DNA of 64,000 bases from Acidobacteriota bacterium. Lineage in GTDB: Bacteria; Acidobacteriota; Thermoanaerobaculia; Multivoradales; UBA5704. This document shows positions 16,938 through 26,600 of the stretch, piece after piece. Position numbers and translations under genes: made by a program. The stretch is taken from assembly GCA_034666985.1 (NCBI GenBank), contig JAXDKS010000063.1:105226-169225 (forward strand), written 5' to 3'. Each line of letters starts with the position of its first letter. Position 1 is the first letter of the stretch. Below the pieces are notes generated by a model. It worked only from the letters and a program-made list of their open reading frames with translations. It did no database searches and was not told where the DNA came from.

Positions 16938-17774
16938 ATGGATCACGACTACATCGAAGAGCACCAGATCGCCGACCGCTACGTGATGGGGACCCTCCCG
17001 GCGGACGAGGTGGAGCGATTCGAAGACCACTATCTCTCCTGCCCCGAGTGCCTGGATCACCTGGAGCTCGCCGAGCCCGTCCAGCGGGGCTTCAAACGGA
17101 TGGCAGGACAGGACGCCGCGAAGCTCTCCGCCACGCGGCAGCTCGCCTTCCTGGCCTGGCTCACCCGCCTCGGCCGCTCGCGCCAGATCGGATTCCTCCT
17201 CGCGGCCCTGCTCGTCATCGCGGTCCTGCCGGCCGGCCTGGCCCTACGGGGGACCGCCGAGCGCGGGCGGGAGCTGGCGCAGACCCGCTCGGCCCTGGAG
17301 CAGGAGCGGCATCGCGCGGCTACGGGTGCGCGGAGCGCTGCGGAGGTCGAGAAATTGCGCTCGGAGCTGAGCACCGAGCGAGATGCCAGGACGCACGCCG
17401 TCGAGCAACTCGCCCAGGCCCGCCAGCCCCAGGCCAACACCCCGATCCTCTTCTTCGACGCGGAGCGCGGCGGCGGCCCGCCGGAAGCCGAGCCGACGCA
17501 GCAACTGCACCTGCCGGCGAAGGCGGGCTGGATCGTCCTCGCCCCGGTGATGGACCCTCCCTTCTCCCCCTCCTATCAGGCGATCCTGCGGGATGCCCGC
17601 GGCCGAGAGCTGTGGCGCGTCAAGGACCTCCACCCGAACGAGCGCGACACCTTGAGCCTCAGCCTCCCCGCCAGCCTCCTGCCGCCCGGCGACTACTCCC
17701 TCTCGATCGAGGGCCTCACGCCCGGCAAAAAGCCCGCCGCCGCCGGCCGTTTCACCTTCCGCGTCCTCGCGTGA
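16938..17774 (+). CDS. ZAS-type anti-sigma factor (HxxxCxxC zinc motif), single TM, extracytoplasmic coiled-coil domain
   Basis: FEDHYLSCPECLDHLE zinc-binding anti-sigma motif and TM IGFLLAALLVIAVLPAGLAL. Sits immediately downstream of the ECF sigma, with RBS GAAGGAAGG. Confidence 0.8.
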   Translation: MDHDYIEEHQIADRYVMGTLPADEVERFEDHYLSCPECLDHLELAEPVQRGFKRMAGQDAAKLSATRQLAFLAWLTRLGRSRQIGFLLAALLVIAVLPAGLALRGTAERGRELAQTRSALEQERHRAATGARSAAEVEKLRSELSTERDARTHAVEQLAQARQPQANTPILFFDAERGGGPPEAEPTQQLHLPAKAGWIVLAPVMDPPFSPSYQAILRDARGRELWRVKDLHPNERDTLSLSLPASLLPPGDYSLSIEGLTPGKKPAAAGRFTFRVLA

Positions 17775-17800
17775 GATAGCGCGCCGGCCGGCGACAGTCT
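17771..17800 (+). promoter_or_regulatory. Copy 2 of the GTGAGATA-N12-GCGACAGTCT promoter-like motif, 41 nt upstream of the M36 protease ATG
   Basis: Near-identical to copy 3 over about 40 nt, including the leader (GATCGAACG / GATCAAGCG and TCGAAAGGAG RBS context). Confidence 0.6.
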
Positions 17801-17840
17801 CCGATCGAACGCTCTGATGAGCGATCGAAAGGAGAGAAAA

Positions 17841-20810
17841 ATGAGAACGAAAGCCCTTTGGCTCGCCGTCCTCGCTGCCCTCGGCGGGCTTCCGCTCGCA
17901 GCGCAGTTGGAAGGCAATCGCCCCTATGATGCGCGCATCGCGCAGAACGCCAACCTGAAGAACGTCACCCCGGCGCTGATGGCTCAGGTGGCCGCGCTAC
18001 GCAGTGCCAGGCCCGATCTGCTCGTCGAGTACGACGATGCGGCCGGTACGACGCGCTCCCTTTACAACCCAGGCGGAAACCTGAGCGATGCCAAGGCCTC
18101 GAACCTCGGGATCGACCCGCTCCTCATCGCCCAGCGGTGGGCCGAGGCGCACAAGGCCGCCCTCGGGCTGACCAGCGCCGATCTCGCCCAGGCCGCCGTC
18201 AACGACAGGGTCAGCTCCCCCCTCGGTGGCACGACGCACCTCTACCTGCGCCAGACCTTCAAGGGGCTGACGGTCTACAGTGCCCTGCTCCAGCTCAACC
18301 TCGACCGCCAGGGCCGGGTGATGAGCGTCAACAACAGCTTCCAGGCCGGTCTCGCGACTTCGATCAACACCCTGACCCCGGGCATCGACGCGGCCAAGGC
18401 CGTGGCCAGCGCCGCCAGGCACCTGAAGCTCGATGCGGCGCCCCGGCAGCTCGGCTCTCCTTCCGGCGTCGACCAGCGAACGGGAGTGGACAACGCCGGG
18501 CTCTCGCGCCAGCCGATCGCGGCGCACCTGATGCTGCTCCCCATCCGGCGCGGCGAGACCCATCTGGTGTGGAATTTCCTTATCTACACCCTGGACAGCC
18601 AGCACGTCTACGACCTGACGGTCGACGCCGTCACCGGGCAGGTCTGGACCCGCTTCGACCTGGTGGCGAGCGATACCTACAAGGTCTATCCCAAGCCGGT
18701 CGAAAGCCCGAACCACACCGCTCCTCTGCCTCCTGCCGACGGCCGCGGAGTGTTGACCAACCCGGCCTTCAATCCCGGCTCCCCCTTCGGCTGGCACGAC
18801 ACCAACGGCGTCACCGGCGCCGAATTCACGACTCTGCGCGGCAACAACGTCCACGCCTACGACGACATCGACGCCAACGACCTGCCGCCGGGCAGCGAGC
18901 CCAACTGCGGCATTACCTTGAATTGCAGCTCCCCGATCAACCTGGCTGGCGCGCCTAGCACCTATACCCCGGCGGCGGTCGCCAATCTCTTCTACTGGAA
19001 CAACGTCGTGCACGACGTGCAGTTCCAGTATGGCTTCAACTCGCCGTCCGGCAACTTCCAGACCAATATCTACGGCGCCGGCGGCCTCGGCAATGACGAG
19101 GTGCAGGCCGAGGCGCAGGACGGCGGCGGCATGAACAACGCCAACTTCTTCACCCCGGTCGACGGCCAGCGGCCGCGCATGCAAATGTACCTGTGGAGCA
19201 CGGCCACGCCACAGAAGGACGGCGATCTCGACAGCGGCGTCATCGTCCACGAATACGGCCACGGGATCTCCAACCGCCTGGTCGGCGGACCGAGCAACGT
19301 CACCTGCCTGGTCAACCCCCAGCAGCCGGGCGAGGGCCTCTCCGACTGGTGGGCGCTCGCCTACACCCACAAGGCCGGCGACCAGGGGACCGACGGGCGC
19401 GGCATCGGCACCTACGTGCTGAACCAGCCGACCACCGGCCCCGGCATCCGCGCCAAGCGTTACAGCACCGACCCGGCGATCAACAACTGGACCTACGCCA
19501 GCATCAACGGCATGGCCATCCCGCATGGGGTGGGCTCGGTCTGGGCGGAGGCGGCCTGGAGAGCCTACTGGGCGCTGGTCGACAAGTGGGGCTTCGATCC
19601 CAACCTTTACAATGCCACAGGCGGCAGCGGCAACCAGCGGATGATGCTCTATGTCAACGAGGGGTTGAAGTTCACCGCCTGCAACCCCACCTTCACCCAG
19701 GTGCGGGACGGCATCCTGCAGGCGGCCTCGGTCAACTACGGCGGGGTCGACGTCTGCCCCCTGTGGGTTGCCTTCGCCGCTTTCGGCCTGGGCAGCAACG
19801 CCGTCTCGGGCGGCCCCAACAGCACGACGCCGACCAACGGATTCGCCGTTCCCCCGCAGTGCCGCACCGACGTCTGGATCCAGGACACGCCATCCGATAC
19901 CGGGCTCGAGCCCGATCCCGCCACCGTCGGCCAGCCGATGTGGCAGAGCCAGGACATCTGGGTGAGGAACAGTCTCACCAACGGTCCGCACGAGAACCCG
20001 GAGTACGGCCAAGTCAACTATATCCATGTCCGAGTGAGGAACCGGAGCTCGGTCGCGGCCGCCAACGTGCCGGTCAAGGTCTATTTCGCCAATGCCTCGG
20101 TCGGCCTCTCCTGGCCGGCGAACTGGACGCTGATCAATACCGGCAACGTCGTCAGCCTTGCTCCCGGCGCCAGCACCGAGGTCGTAGTGCCGTGGAGCCC
20201 GCCGGGGCCGCCACCGCCCTCGCACTTCTGCCTGGTGGCGCGGCTGGACACGGCCCAGGACCCCATGACCTTCCCCGAGACCACCAACATCGACCTCAAC
20301 GTGCGCAACAACAACAACATCGCCTGGAGGAACGTCAACGTCGTCGACCTCATCCCCTTCCAGATCGTCAAAGCCACGTTCAACGTCCGCAATCCCGGTC
20401 CGAAGAAGCTTCGTTCGAAGATCATCTTCCGCGAGCAGCGGGGCGGAGAGGGCTTCCTGAAGCGGGGTCGGGTGATGATCGACCTCAGCAAGCTCGCCGC
20501 GCGCTGGCAGGAGGGCAGGCGAGAGGGCAAGGGCTTCAGGACGATCGACGGCCATACGATCGAGGTCGAAAACGGCGGCTATATCATCGTCACCCTGAAC
20601 GGGCGCGAGGAGTTCGACCTCGGCCTGACTTTCGAGGACACCGCCCGGCGAGCTTCGACCAAACCGACCACGGACCGGCAGGCGGCCAGGCCGGCCGTCA
20701 ACCGGTACGGTTTCGAAATCGTGCAGGAGGATGCCGACCATGGGAAGGAGCTGGGAGGCATCGCCTACCAGATCGTAGCCCCGGTGCCGGTAGGGGCGCC
20801 GCCGCAGTGA
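17841..20810 (+). CDS. Secreted M36 (fungalysin-like) zinc metalloprotease with propeptide and C-terminal extra domains
   Basis: Signal peptide MRTKALWLAVLAALGGLPLAAQ, HEYGHGISNRL (HExxH) and downstream EGLSDWWA Glu block, with fungalysin-like N-terminal propeptide features. RBS AGGAGA precedes ATG 17841. Confidence 0.85.
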   Translation: MRTKALWLAVLAALGGLPLAAQLEGNRPYDARIAQNANLKNVTPALMAQVAALRSARPDLLVEYDDAAGTTRSLYNPGGNLSDAKASNLGIDPLLIAQRWAEAHKAALGLTSADLAQAAVNDRVSSPLGGTTHLYLRQTFKGLTVYSALLQLNLDRQGRVMSVNNSFQAGLATSINTLTPGIDAAKAVASAARHLKLDAAPRQLGSPSGVDQRTGVDNAGLSRQPIAAHLMLLPIRRGETHLVWNFLIYTLDSQHVYDLTVDAVTGQVWTRFDLVASDTYKVYPKPVESPNHTAPLPPADGRGVLTNPAFNPGSPFGWHDTNGVTGAEFTTLRGNNVHAYDDIDANDLPPGSEPNCGITLNCSSPINLAGAPSTYTPAAVANLFYWNNVVHDVQFQYGFNSPSGNFQTNIYGAGGLGNDEVQAEAQDGGGMNNANFFTPVDGQRPRMQMYLWSTATPQKDGDLDSGVIVHEYGHGISNRLVGGPSNVTCLVNPQQPGEGLSDWWALAYTHKAGDQGTDGRGIGTYVLNQPTTGPGIRAKRYSTDPAINNWTYASINGMAIPHGVGSVWAEAAWRAYWALVDKWGFDPNLYNATGGSGNQRMMLYVNEGLKFTACNPTFTQVRDGILQAASVNYGGVDVCPLWVAFAAFGLGSNAVSGGPNSTTPTNGFAVPPQCRTDVWIQDTPSDTGLEPDPATVGQPMWQSQDIWVRNSLTNGPHENPEYGQVNYIHVRVRNRSSVAAANVPVKVYFANASVGLSWPANWTLINTGNVVSLAPGASTEVVVPWSPPGPPPPSHFCLVARLDTAQDPMTFPETTNIDLNVRNNNNIAWRNVNVVDLIPFQIVKATFNVRNPGPKKLRSKIIFREQRGGEGFLKRGRVMIDLSKLAARWQEGRREGKGFRTIDGHTIEVENGGYIIVTLNGREEFDLGLTFEDTARRASTKPTTDRQAARPAVNRYGFEIVQEDADHGKELGGIAYQIVAPVPVGAPPQ

Positions 20811-20835
20811 ATTGATCCCGGCTGCACCGTGTTCT

Positions 20836-20861
20836 GCCCCCGGGCCGTCCGGCCCGGGGGC
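20836..20861 (+). terminator. GC-rich hairpin (11-bp stem GCCCCCGGGCC/GGCCCGGGGGC, loop GTCC) after the M36 gene; possible terminator lacking a U-tract
   Basis: Perfect inverted repeat 26 nt after the stop at 20808-20810. Confidence 0.35.
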
Positions 20862-20908
20862 CCTTCCCGCCTGACGCTCTAAAAAACCTTTCGCACTTCT
20901 CGCTTGAC

Positions 20909-20938
20909 GTGAGATAACGGCCCGCCTCGCGACAGTCT
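20909..20938 (+). promoter_or_regulatory. Copy 3 of the GTGAGATA-N12-GCGACAGTCT promoter-like motif, 49 nt upstream of the VWA protein ATG
   Basis: See copies 1 and 2. Followed by the shared leader and RBS context TCGAAAGGAGA. Confidence 0.6.
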
Positions 20939-20986
20939 CAGATCAAGCGTGGATCATTGGGATCACCCGCTCGAAAGGAGACTGTC

Positions 20987-22231
20987 ATGAAAATAAAAGA
21001 CGCCAATTCAAGGCCCTCCCGCCTGAATTGCAGCAACGTGACCGCCTATCTCAACGAGTATCTCGGCGGCAAGTGCAAGTCGAAAAAGAATCACCTCAAG
21101 CCTTGCCATGACGAAACCCCGCACGGGTGTAGCTGCGGCGGCTCATCCCATGCCACCGGCAACAAGGTCGACCTCATCATCCTCATCGACGGCAGCAGCT
21201 CGATGACGACCGCGGCGAACCTCGTCAACAGCGCCGCCATCAGCGCCCTCAAGATCGCCCATGAGAAGTGCCCGTCGGATCTGCGGGTCGACTGGTTCAC
21301 CGTGGACAACGACAACCCCGGTACGACTGCCAGCGGATCGGGAGGATGGCCGGGCACCAACTTCACCCGGACCCATGAGCAGTACCTGAACAGCATCGGA
21401 GTCGCCGGACCCTATTTTCACAACAACGCCCAGACTCCCGGAGGCTCTCCCAACAACGAGCAGGGAGCGGACGCTGTCGCCGACCTGTCAAAATTCTACG
21501 ACTGGCGGCCAGGCGCCTGCCGGGCGATCTTCTACATCAGCGATACCACCCTGGACGCCGGCGGGAGCCAGGATCCGGACGATACCGCGGCGACCACGAA
21601 CGCCATCTCCCAGGCCCTCGCCAATCAGGTAGCGGTATTCACCCATTTCGTCATCCCCCACGTCACCTCCTCCGTGCCGGCCACCCAGGCTGACTACCAG
21701 GCCCTGTGCAGCCAGACGGGCGGCACGTTCTATGAGGGAGCGGTCAGTCAGGAAAAGTATGTCGAGATCCTCACGGACGTGGTCTGCCACGCGTGCGGGG
21801 GCTGCAAGGAGATCAAGGCTCCGGACATCGGGCCCTGCGTCTCGATCTCATGGGGCGACAGCGAGTGCGACTGCATCGAGACCGACGACGTCGAGATCCT
21901 CTGCATCACGCTGTGCAACTGCTACTCCAACGTCACCTTCGAGAACGTCGTGGTCGGCACGATCGTGGTGACGGACGGCGCGGGCAATGTCGTCCCGACC
22001 CTGCCGGACGGCACTCCCTCCATCCAGGCCATCCCCATCGGTCCCATCTGCTTCGGCAGCATCGGGCCCTGCAAGGATGGCAACGCGGCTTGCGTGTCGC
22101 GGGAGTTTGCCCTGCGGCTGCGCGGGGCCAAGGGCGGCACGTATCAGGTCCACGTCCGGCCGATCTGCTACAGCGTCACCTTCCACTACCAGAAGGAAGA
22201 ATGCTTCCTGATCCCTGTCTGCCAGGATTGA
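20987..22231 (+). CDS. VWA (von Willebrand factor A, MIDAS DxSxS) domain protein with Cys-rich C-terminal domain
   Basis: VDLIILIDGSSSM MIDAS motif. C-terminal region has more than 20 Cys in CxxC/CxC arrangements (HACGGCKEIK..., CDCIETDD..ILCITLCNCY). RBS AAAGGAGA. No obvious signal peptide. Local GC is lower than the surroundings. Confidence 0.7.
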   Translation: MKIKDANSRPSRLNCSNVTAYLNEYLGGKCKSKKNHLKPCHDETPHGCSCGGSSHATGNKVDLIILIDGSSSMTTAANLVNSAAISALKIAHEKCPSDLRVDWFTVDNDNPGTTASGSGGWPGTNFTRTHEQYLNSIGVAGPYFHNNAQTPGGSPNNEQGADAVADLSKFYDWRPGACRAIFYISDTTLDAGGSQDPDDTAATTNAISQALANQVAVFTHFVIPHVTSSVPATQADYQALCSQTGGTFYEGAVSQEKYVEILTDVVCHACGGCKEIKAPDIGPCVSISWGDSECDCIETDDVEILCITLCNCYSNVTFENVVVGTIVVTDGAGNVVPTLPDGTPSIQAIPIGPICFGSIGPCKDGNAACVSREFALRLRGAKGGTYQVHVRPICYSVTFHYQKEECFLIPVCQD

Positions 22232-22297
22232 CCATCCTGCCGAGCTCCGGGCGGGGGAGCCCCTGCCCGGGCGATCCTGCTTCTCTCACCGCCGGCC

Positions 22298-22939
22298 TCA
22301 CGGCAGCAGCCCCCGCCGCGCCGCGTAGCGGACCAGCTCGGCGGTGTTGTGGACGCCCAGCTTCTCCATCAGCCGGCAGCGGTGGTTGTCGGCGGTCTTG
22401 ACGCTGATCCCCAGGCCGCGGGCGATCTCCTTGGTGGTGCGGCCGTCGACCACGAGATGGAAGACCTCGCGCTCGCGGGGGGAGAGGCCGCCGTAGGGAT
22501 CGTCCACCGGCGCCGGCTGGCGGTACTGCTCGGCGAGCACCCGCGCCGCCTGCGGACCGAAGTAGCCCTGGCCGGCGTGGAGGGCGCGCACGGCGGCGAG
22601 CAACTCGGCCACGGCGCTGTCCTTCACCAGGTAGCCGGAGGCGCCGGCACGCACCACGGGCAGGACGTACTCTTCCTCTTCATGCACCGTCAGGGCGAGC
22701 ACGCGGATCTGCGGCATCTCCTCGTGGATGCGGCGCACCGCCTCCAGGCCCGAGAGGCGCGGCATGGTGAGGTCGACGACCGCCACCTCCGGCCGCGTGG
22801 CGCGCGCCTTCTCCACCGCCTCCAGGCCGTCCGCCGCCTCGGCCACCACCTCGCACTCGCCGCTCTCGACGAGCAGGCTCACCAGACCCTGGCGCACGAG
22901 GGTGTGGTCGTCCGCGACCAGGACCCGCACCCGGGCCAT
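22298..22939 (-). CDS. NarL/FixJ (LuxR-type) response regulator
   Basis: REC domain (VLVADDHTLVRQG...VVDLTMPRLSG) plus LuxR HTH (LSPREREVFHLVVDGRTTKEIARGLGISVKTADNHRCRLMEKLG). The ATG shares one nt with the stop of the upstream HK gene. Confidence 0.9.
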   Translation of the reverse strand: MARVRVLVADDHTLVRQGLVSLLVESGECEVVAEAADGLEAVEKARATRPEVAVVDLTMPRLSGLEAVRRIHEEMPQIRVLALTVHEEEEYVLPVVRAGASGYLVKDSAVAELLAAVRALHAGQGYFGPQAARVLAEQYRQPAPVDDPYGGLSPREREVFHLVVDGRTTKEIARGLGISVKTADNHRCRLMEKLGVHNTAELVRYAARRGLLP

Positions 22940-23682
22940 CACGTCACCTCCGTCAGGGGCACCACGGCCGAGATCCGGGTCCCCTGGCCGGGCGCAGAGG
23001 ACAGCTCCAGGCGGCCGCCGAAGAGCTCCAGCCGGTCGTGCATGCCGCGCAGGCCGGAGCCCGCCGCTCCGCCCCCGAGGATGGACTTGGGATCGAAACC
23101 CCTCCCGGCGTCGGCCACCCGCAACTCGAGAAGCTCCCCGGCCCGCCGCACGGCGACCTGGGCGCGGTCCACGCCCGCGTGCCGGAGGACGTTGGTCAAG
23201 GCCTCCTGGATCAGGCGGAAGACCAGCGTCTCGACGTCCGAGTCGAGGCGCTCGTCGAGACCGTCGAGAGCGAGCTCGACCTTGAGGCCCGTGCGCTGCT
23301 CCAGCGTGCGGGCGAACCAGGTGAGCGCGGGGGCGAGGCCGAGGTCGTCGAGCACCGGCGGGCGCAGCAGGCGCGACATCTCACGGGTCTCGTTGAGGGC
23401 GAGGCGCGCCATGTCGACCGAATCGCCGAGGCGGGCCGCCAGCTCGGGGGATACCGCGCCGTCAAGCTTCTCCCGCAGGCGCTCCAACTGATGGGTGAGG
23501 GCGGTCAGGGTCTGACCGAGACCGTCGTGCAGCTCGCGCGCCAGGCGCCGCTGCTCCTCTTCCTGCACCTTCCACACCGCCTTGGCGAGGCCGCGGAACC
23601 GGCGCTCCCCTTCGATCAGCCGCGCGAACAGCCGCTCGTTGGCGCGCGTGATGTCGCGCACGCGGTCGACGATGTCGTGCAT
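22939..23682 (-). CDS. Cytoplasmic NarX/DegS-type sensor histidine kinase (HisKA_3 + HATPase_c), no TM or sensor domain
   Basis: H-box LARELHDGLGQTLTAL, then N/G boxes (...RVADAGRGF...GSGLRGMHDRLELFGGRLEL). Start placed at ATG 23682..23680, because the longer ORF start at 23763 would overlap the upstream kinase by 68 nt. Confidence 0.75.
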   Translation of the reverse strand: MHDIVDRVRDITRANERLFARLIEGERRFRGLAKAVWKVQEEEQRRLARELHDGLGQTLTALTHQLERLREKLDGAVSPELAARLGDSVDMARLALNETREMSRLLRPPVLDDLGLAPALTWFARTLEQRTGLKVELALDGLDERLDSDVETLVFRLIQEALTNVLRHAGVDRAQVAVRRAGELLELRVADAGRGFDPKSILGGGAAGSGLRGMHDRLELFGGRLELSSAPGQGTRISAVVPLTEVT

Positions 23683-23695
23683 CGGATCGGCGGGC

Positions 23696-26600
23696 TCAAC
23701 CGTTCGGCTTGAGCGGTCCAACCCGGACTCCCGGTCCACCGGCTCCGTCCTGCTTCGTTCCATCCTGGGCCTCCACCCTGCGATCGAAAAACTGCCGCGG
23801 CTCGGGAGCGAGGTCCCGGCTCACCCTGGCGATCTCCTCGCCGGCGCGGCGACGTTCGGCTTCGGCCTCGGCGCTCCGGCCGTCGCGTTCCAAAGCACGT
23901 GCCAGCAGCCGGTGCAGCCGGTAGGAGCCGGCGTAGCCGCCGCAGGCCGTTGCAAGCTGAAGGCCGGCCCGGGCCGCCGCCTGCGCCCGCCCCGGCTCGC
24001 CGGCGGCGAGCGCCGCCCGGGCCACGGCCTCGGCGGCGCGCAGCCGCAGCCGGGCGTTACCCAGCGCCTCGGCCTCGGCGCGCAAGCGCTCCAGCTCGGC
24101 GAGCCCGGCCCTGGACCGGCCCGGAACGTCGGCGGCCGACAGCCGGGTGGCCAGGATCTCGACCACGCCATGGCTCTCTTTGGCCTCGGCGACCGCCCGG
24201 CGCAGGGCCTCCCCGGCAGCGGCGCGATCCCTCGGACCATCGTGCGCCAGGAGATGCTCGCCGCGCAGCCGGTCGAGCTCGGCCTGCTGCTCCCGGTTCT
24301 TGCCCTCGGCCAGCAGCTCCCCGGCGGCCCGCAGGCGCTCGCCGGCGGCCTCGATCATCCCCAGCTCGAGCTCGGCCTCGGCCGCGGCCAGGGTGAACTC
24401 GGCGAGACCCCGTCGGTCGCCGAGCTCACGCAGGACCTTCAGGGCTTCATCGTAGGAGGCGAGAGCGGCGCCCGGGCGTCCCTGGTACTGGGCGAGGCGC
24501 CCGAGGTTGCCGAGCGAGACCGCGATCGTCTCTTTCTTGCCGAGCTCCCGGCTCGCGCCGAGGGCGGTGAGGAAGGACTTGACCGCCTCATTCCACTCCC
24601 CGCGCGCCAGCTCGAGCTGGCCGAGGTTCTGCGTCGCCAGAATGACGCCGCTCGGATTGCCGCTCTGCTTGGCCAGGTCGAGACCCTGGCGCCAGTAGAC
24701 CAGGGCGTCGTCGTAGCGCCCCAGCAGGTAGCAGGCGAAGCCCACGTTGCTGAAGCTCTGGGCCAGGGCGAGGTCATTGCCGAGGTCGCGGCGTACGCGC
24801 AGCGCCTGCCGGTAGCCCTCCAGGGCCTCCTCGTAGCTGCCCCGCTGCTCGGCGAGCACCCCGAAGTTGTCGTAGAGGTCGGCGATGCCCGGCGCGTCGC
24901 CCAGCCGCTGCAGGAGAGCCAGGGCCTCCGTGAGCTGCGACCGGGCCGCCGCGTACTGGCCGCGCATCGTATGGATGGTCGCCAGGTTGCGCAGGGTCGT
25001 CGCATAGCCGCGCTTGTCGCCGATCCGCTTCCGGATGGCCGCTGCCTGCTCGTAGGTCTCGACCGCTCGATCCATCTCCCCGAGGTTGCGGTAGGCCACC
25101 CCGAAGGCGTTCAGCACCTCGGCCCGGCTCTGCTCGCTGCCGAGCTCGTTCTGCACCACCAGCGCCCGTACCAGGTACTCGTCCACGGCGTGCCGGGCGT
25201 CGCCAGCCACGATCGAATACCTGCCGAGGAGGAACCAGGCGCGCGGGTGATGCGGCGCGAGGCGCACCGCCTCCCGCAGGGCGGCGATCGCACGGTCGAG
25301 GCTCCCCTGCTCGCCGTAGGCCTCCGCCAGCTCGATCCGCGCCTCGACGTCGTCCGGGTAGCGCGCGAGCAGCCGGGAGAGGATCTCCTGCGCCCGCTCC
25401 GGACGGCCCAGGAGCCGCGCCTCGACGGCCCGCGCCTCGTAGGCCGCGCGGCTCTCTCCTGCCCCCAGGATCTCGACCGCCCGTTGCGCCGCCTCGCGCG
25501 CCGGCTCCCCCTGGCCGAGCGCCTGGCGCGCCCGGGCGAGCTGCACCCAGGCAGCGCTGTAGCGCGGATCGGCCGTCACCGCCCGCTCCAGGGAGGGCAC
25601 CGCCGCCAGGGCGTCCCCGCGCCGCAGGCTCTCCACCCCCTTGGAGTACTCCGCCAGGGCCGCCGGCGAACGGCTCGCCACCGGCTCTACCGCCACGGCC
25701 GCGGGTACCGCGAGCTCCCGGCGCAGGACCCCGCCGAGTTGCTCGACGAGGCGGAAGGCCTCCCCTTCCGCGGCCTCGGCGTGAAGCGCTGCCGCCGGCA
25801 GGCCGGGGGGGTCCGTCGCCAGCAGCGAGAGATCGATCCGCAATTGGCCGCCCACGGCGCGGACCCGGCCGCCGACCAGATGGTCGGCGTCGAGCAGCCC
25901 CGCCAAGCGCCGCGCCTCGGTCTCGGGCAGCGGTCCGCGCGGCAGCTTCAGATCCTCCAGGGTGCGGAAGACCCGCTGGCTGTCGAGCACCCGCAGCTCC
26001 GGGCTCTCGGCCAGGGAGGCGGCGAGCATCTCCGGCATCCCGATAGCCACCCAGGCCAGGTCCGGCCGGCCCGTGTCGTCGGCCAGGGGGAGGAGCGCCA
26101 CGGCATGCCGAGGCCCCGCGGCGACCGTCTTCCTGGCAGCGGCCGGCTGCCGTGCCTGCGGGACGCGCCCGCGGCCAACCTCGCGGACGGCCCAGCCGAG
26201 GACGAGCAAGACGAGGAGACAGCCCACCCCCACCGCGATCTGCCACCGCTGAATCGCGGGGGCCGCGCGGTGCTGGTCGTCGAGCTCCTGGACGACCTCG
26301 CCCGCGCTCTGCGGTCGCCGCGCCGGGTCGCGCGCCAGCAGCCGCTGCACGAGGGCCCGCAGGGGGGCCGGCACCGCGGCTGGCCAGCGCAGATTGCGCG
26401 GCGACCCGGTCAACCGCTGGGCCAGCATCTCGGCCTCGGTGGCGGCCGAGAACGGCAGCTCGCCGGTCAGCATCTCGTAGAGGAGGAGCCCCAGGGTATA
26501 GAGATCGGACCGGCCGTCGACCGCGTCCCCTCGCGCCTGCTCCGGCGAGAGATAGCCGAGGGTGCCGAGCACGGTGCCGGGGACGGTCAGGCCCGAGCCC

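Noticed and set aside
22232-22297. Imperfect GC-rich inverted repeat (CCGGGCGGGGG-AG-CCCCTGCCCGG) between the convergent VWA and response-regulator genes
   Set aside because: One mismatch, a 2-nt loop and no clear U-tract. It is a possible bidirectional terminator but weak.
23683-23763. Longer histidine-kinase model starting at 23763
   Set aside because: It would overlap the 3' end of the upstream STPK gene by 68 nt. The internal ATG at 23682 lies 13 nt after the STPK stop and still precedes the H-box.
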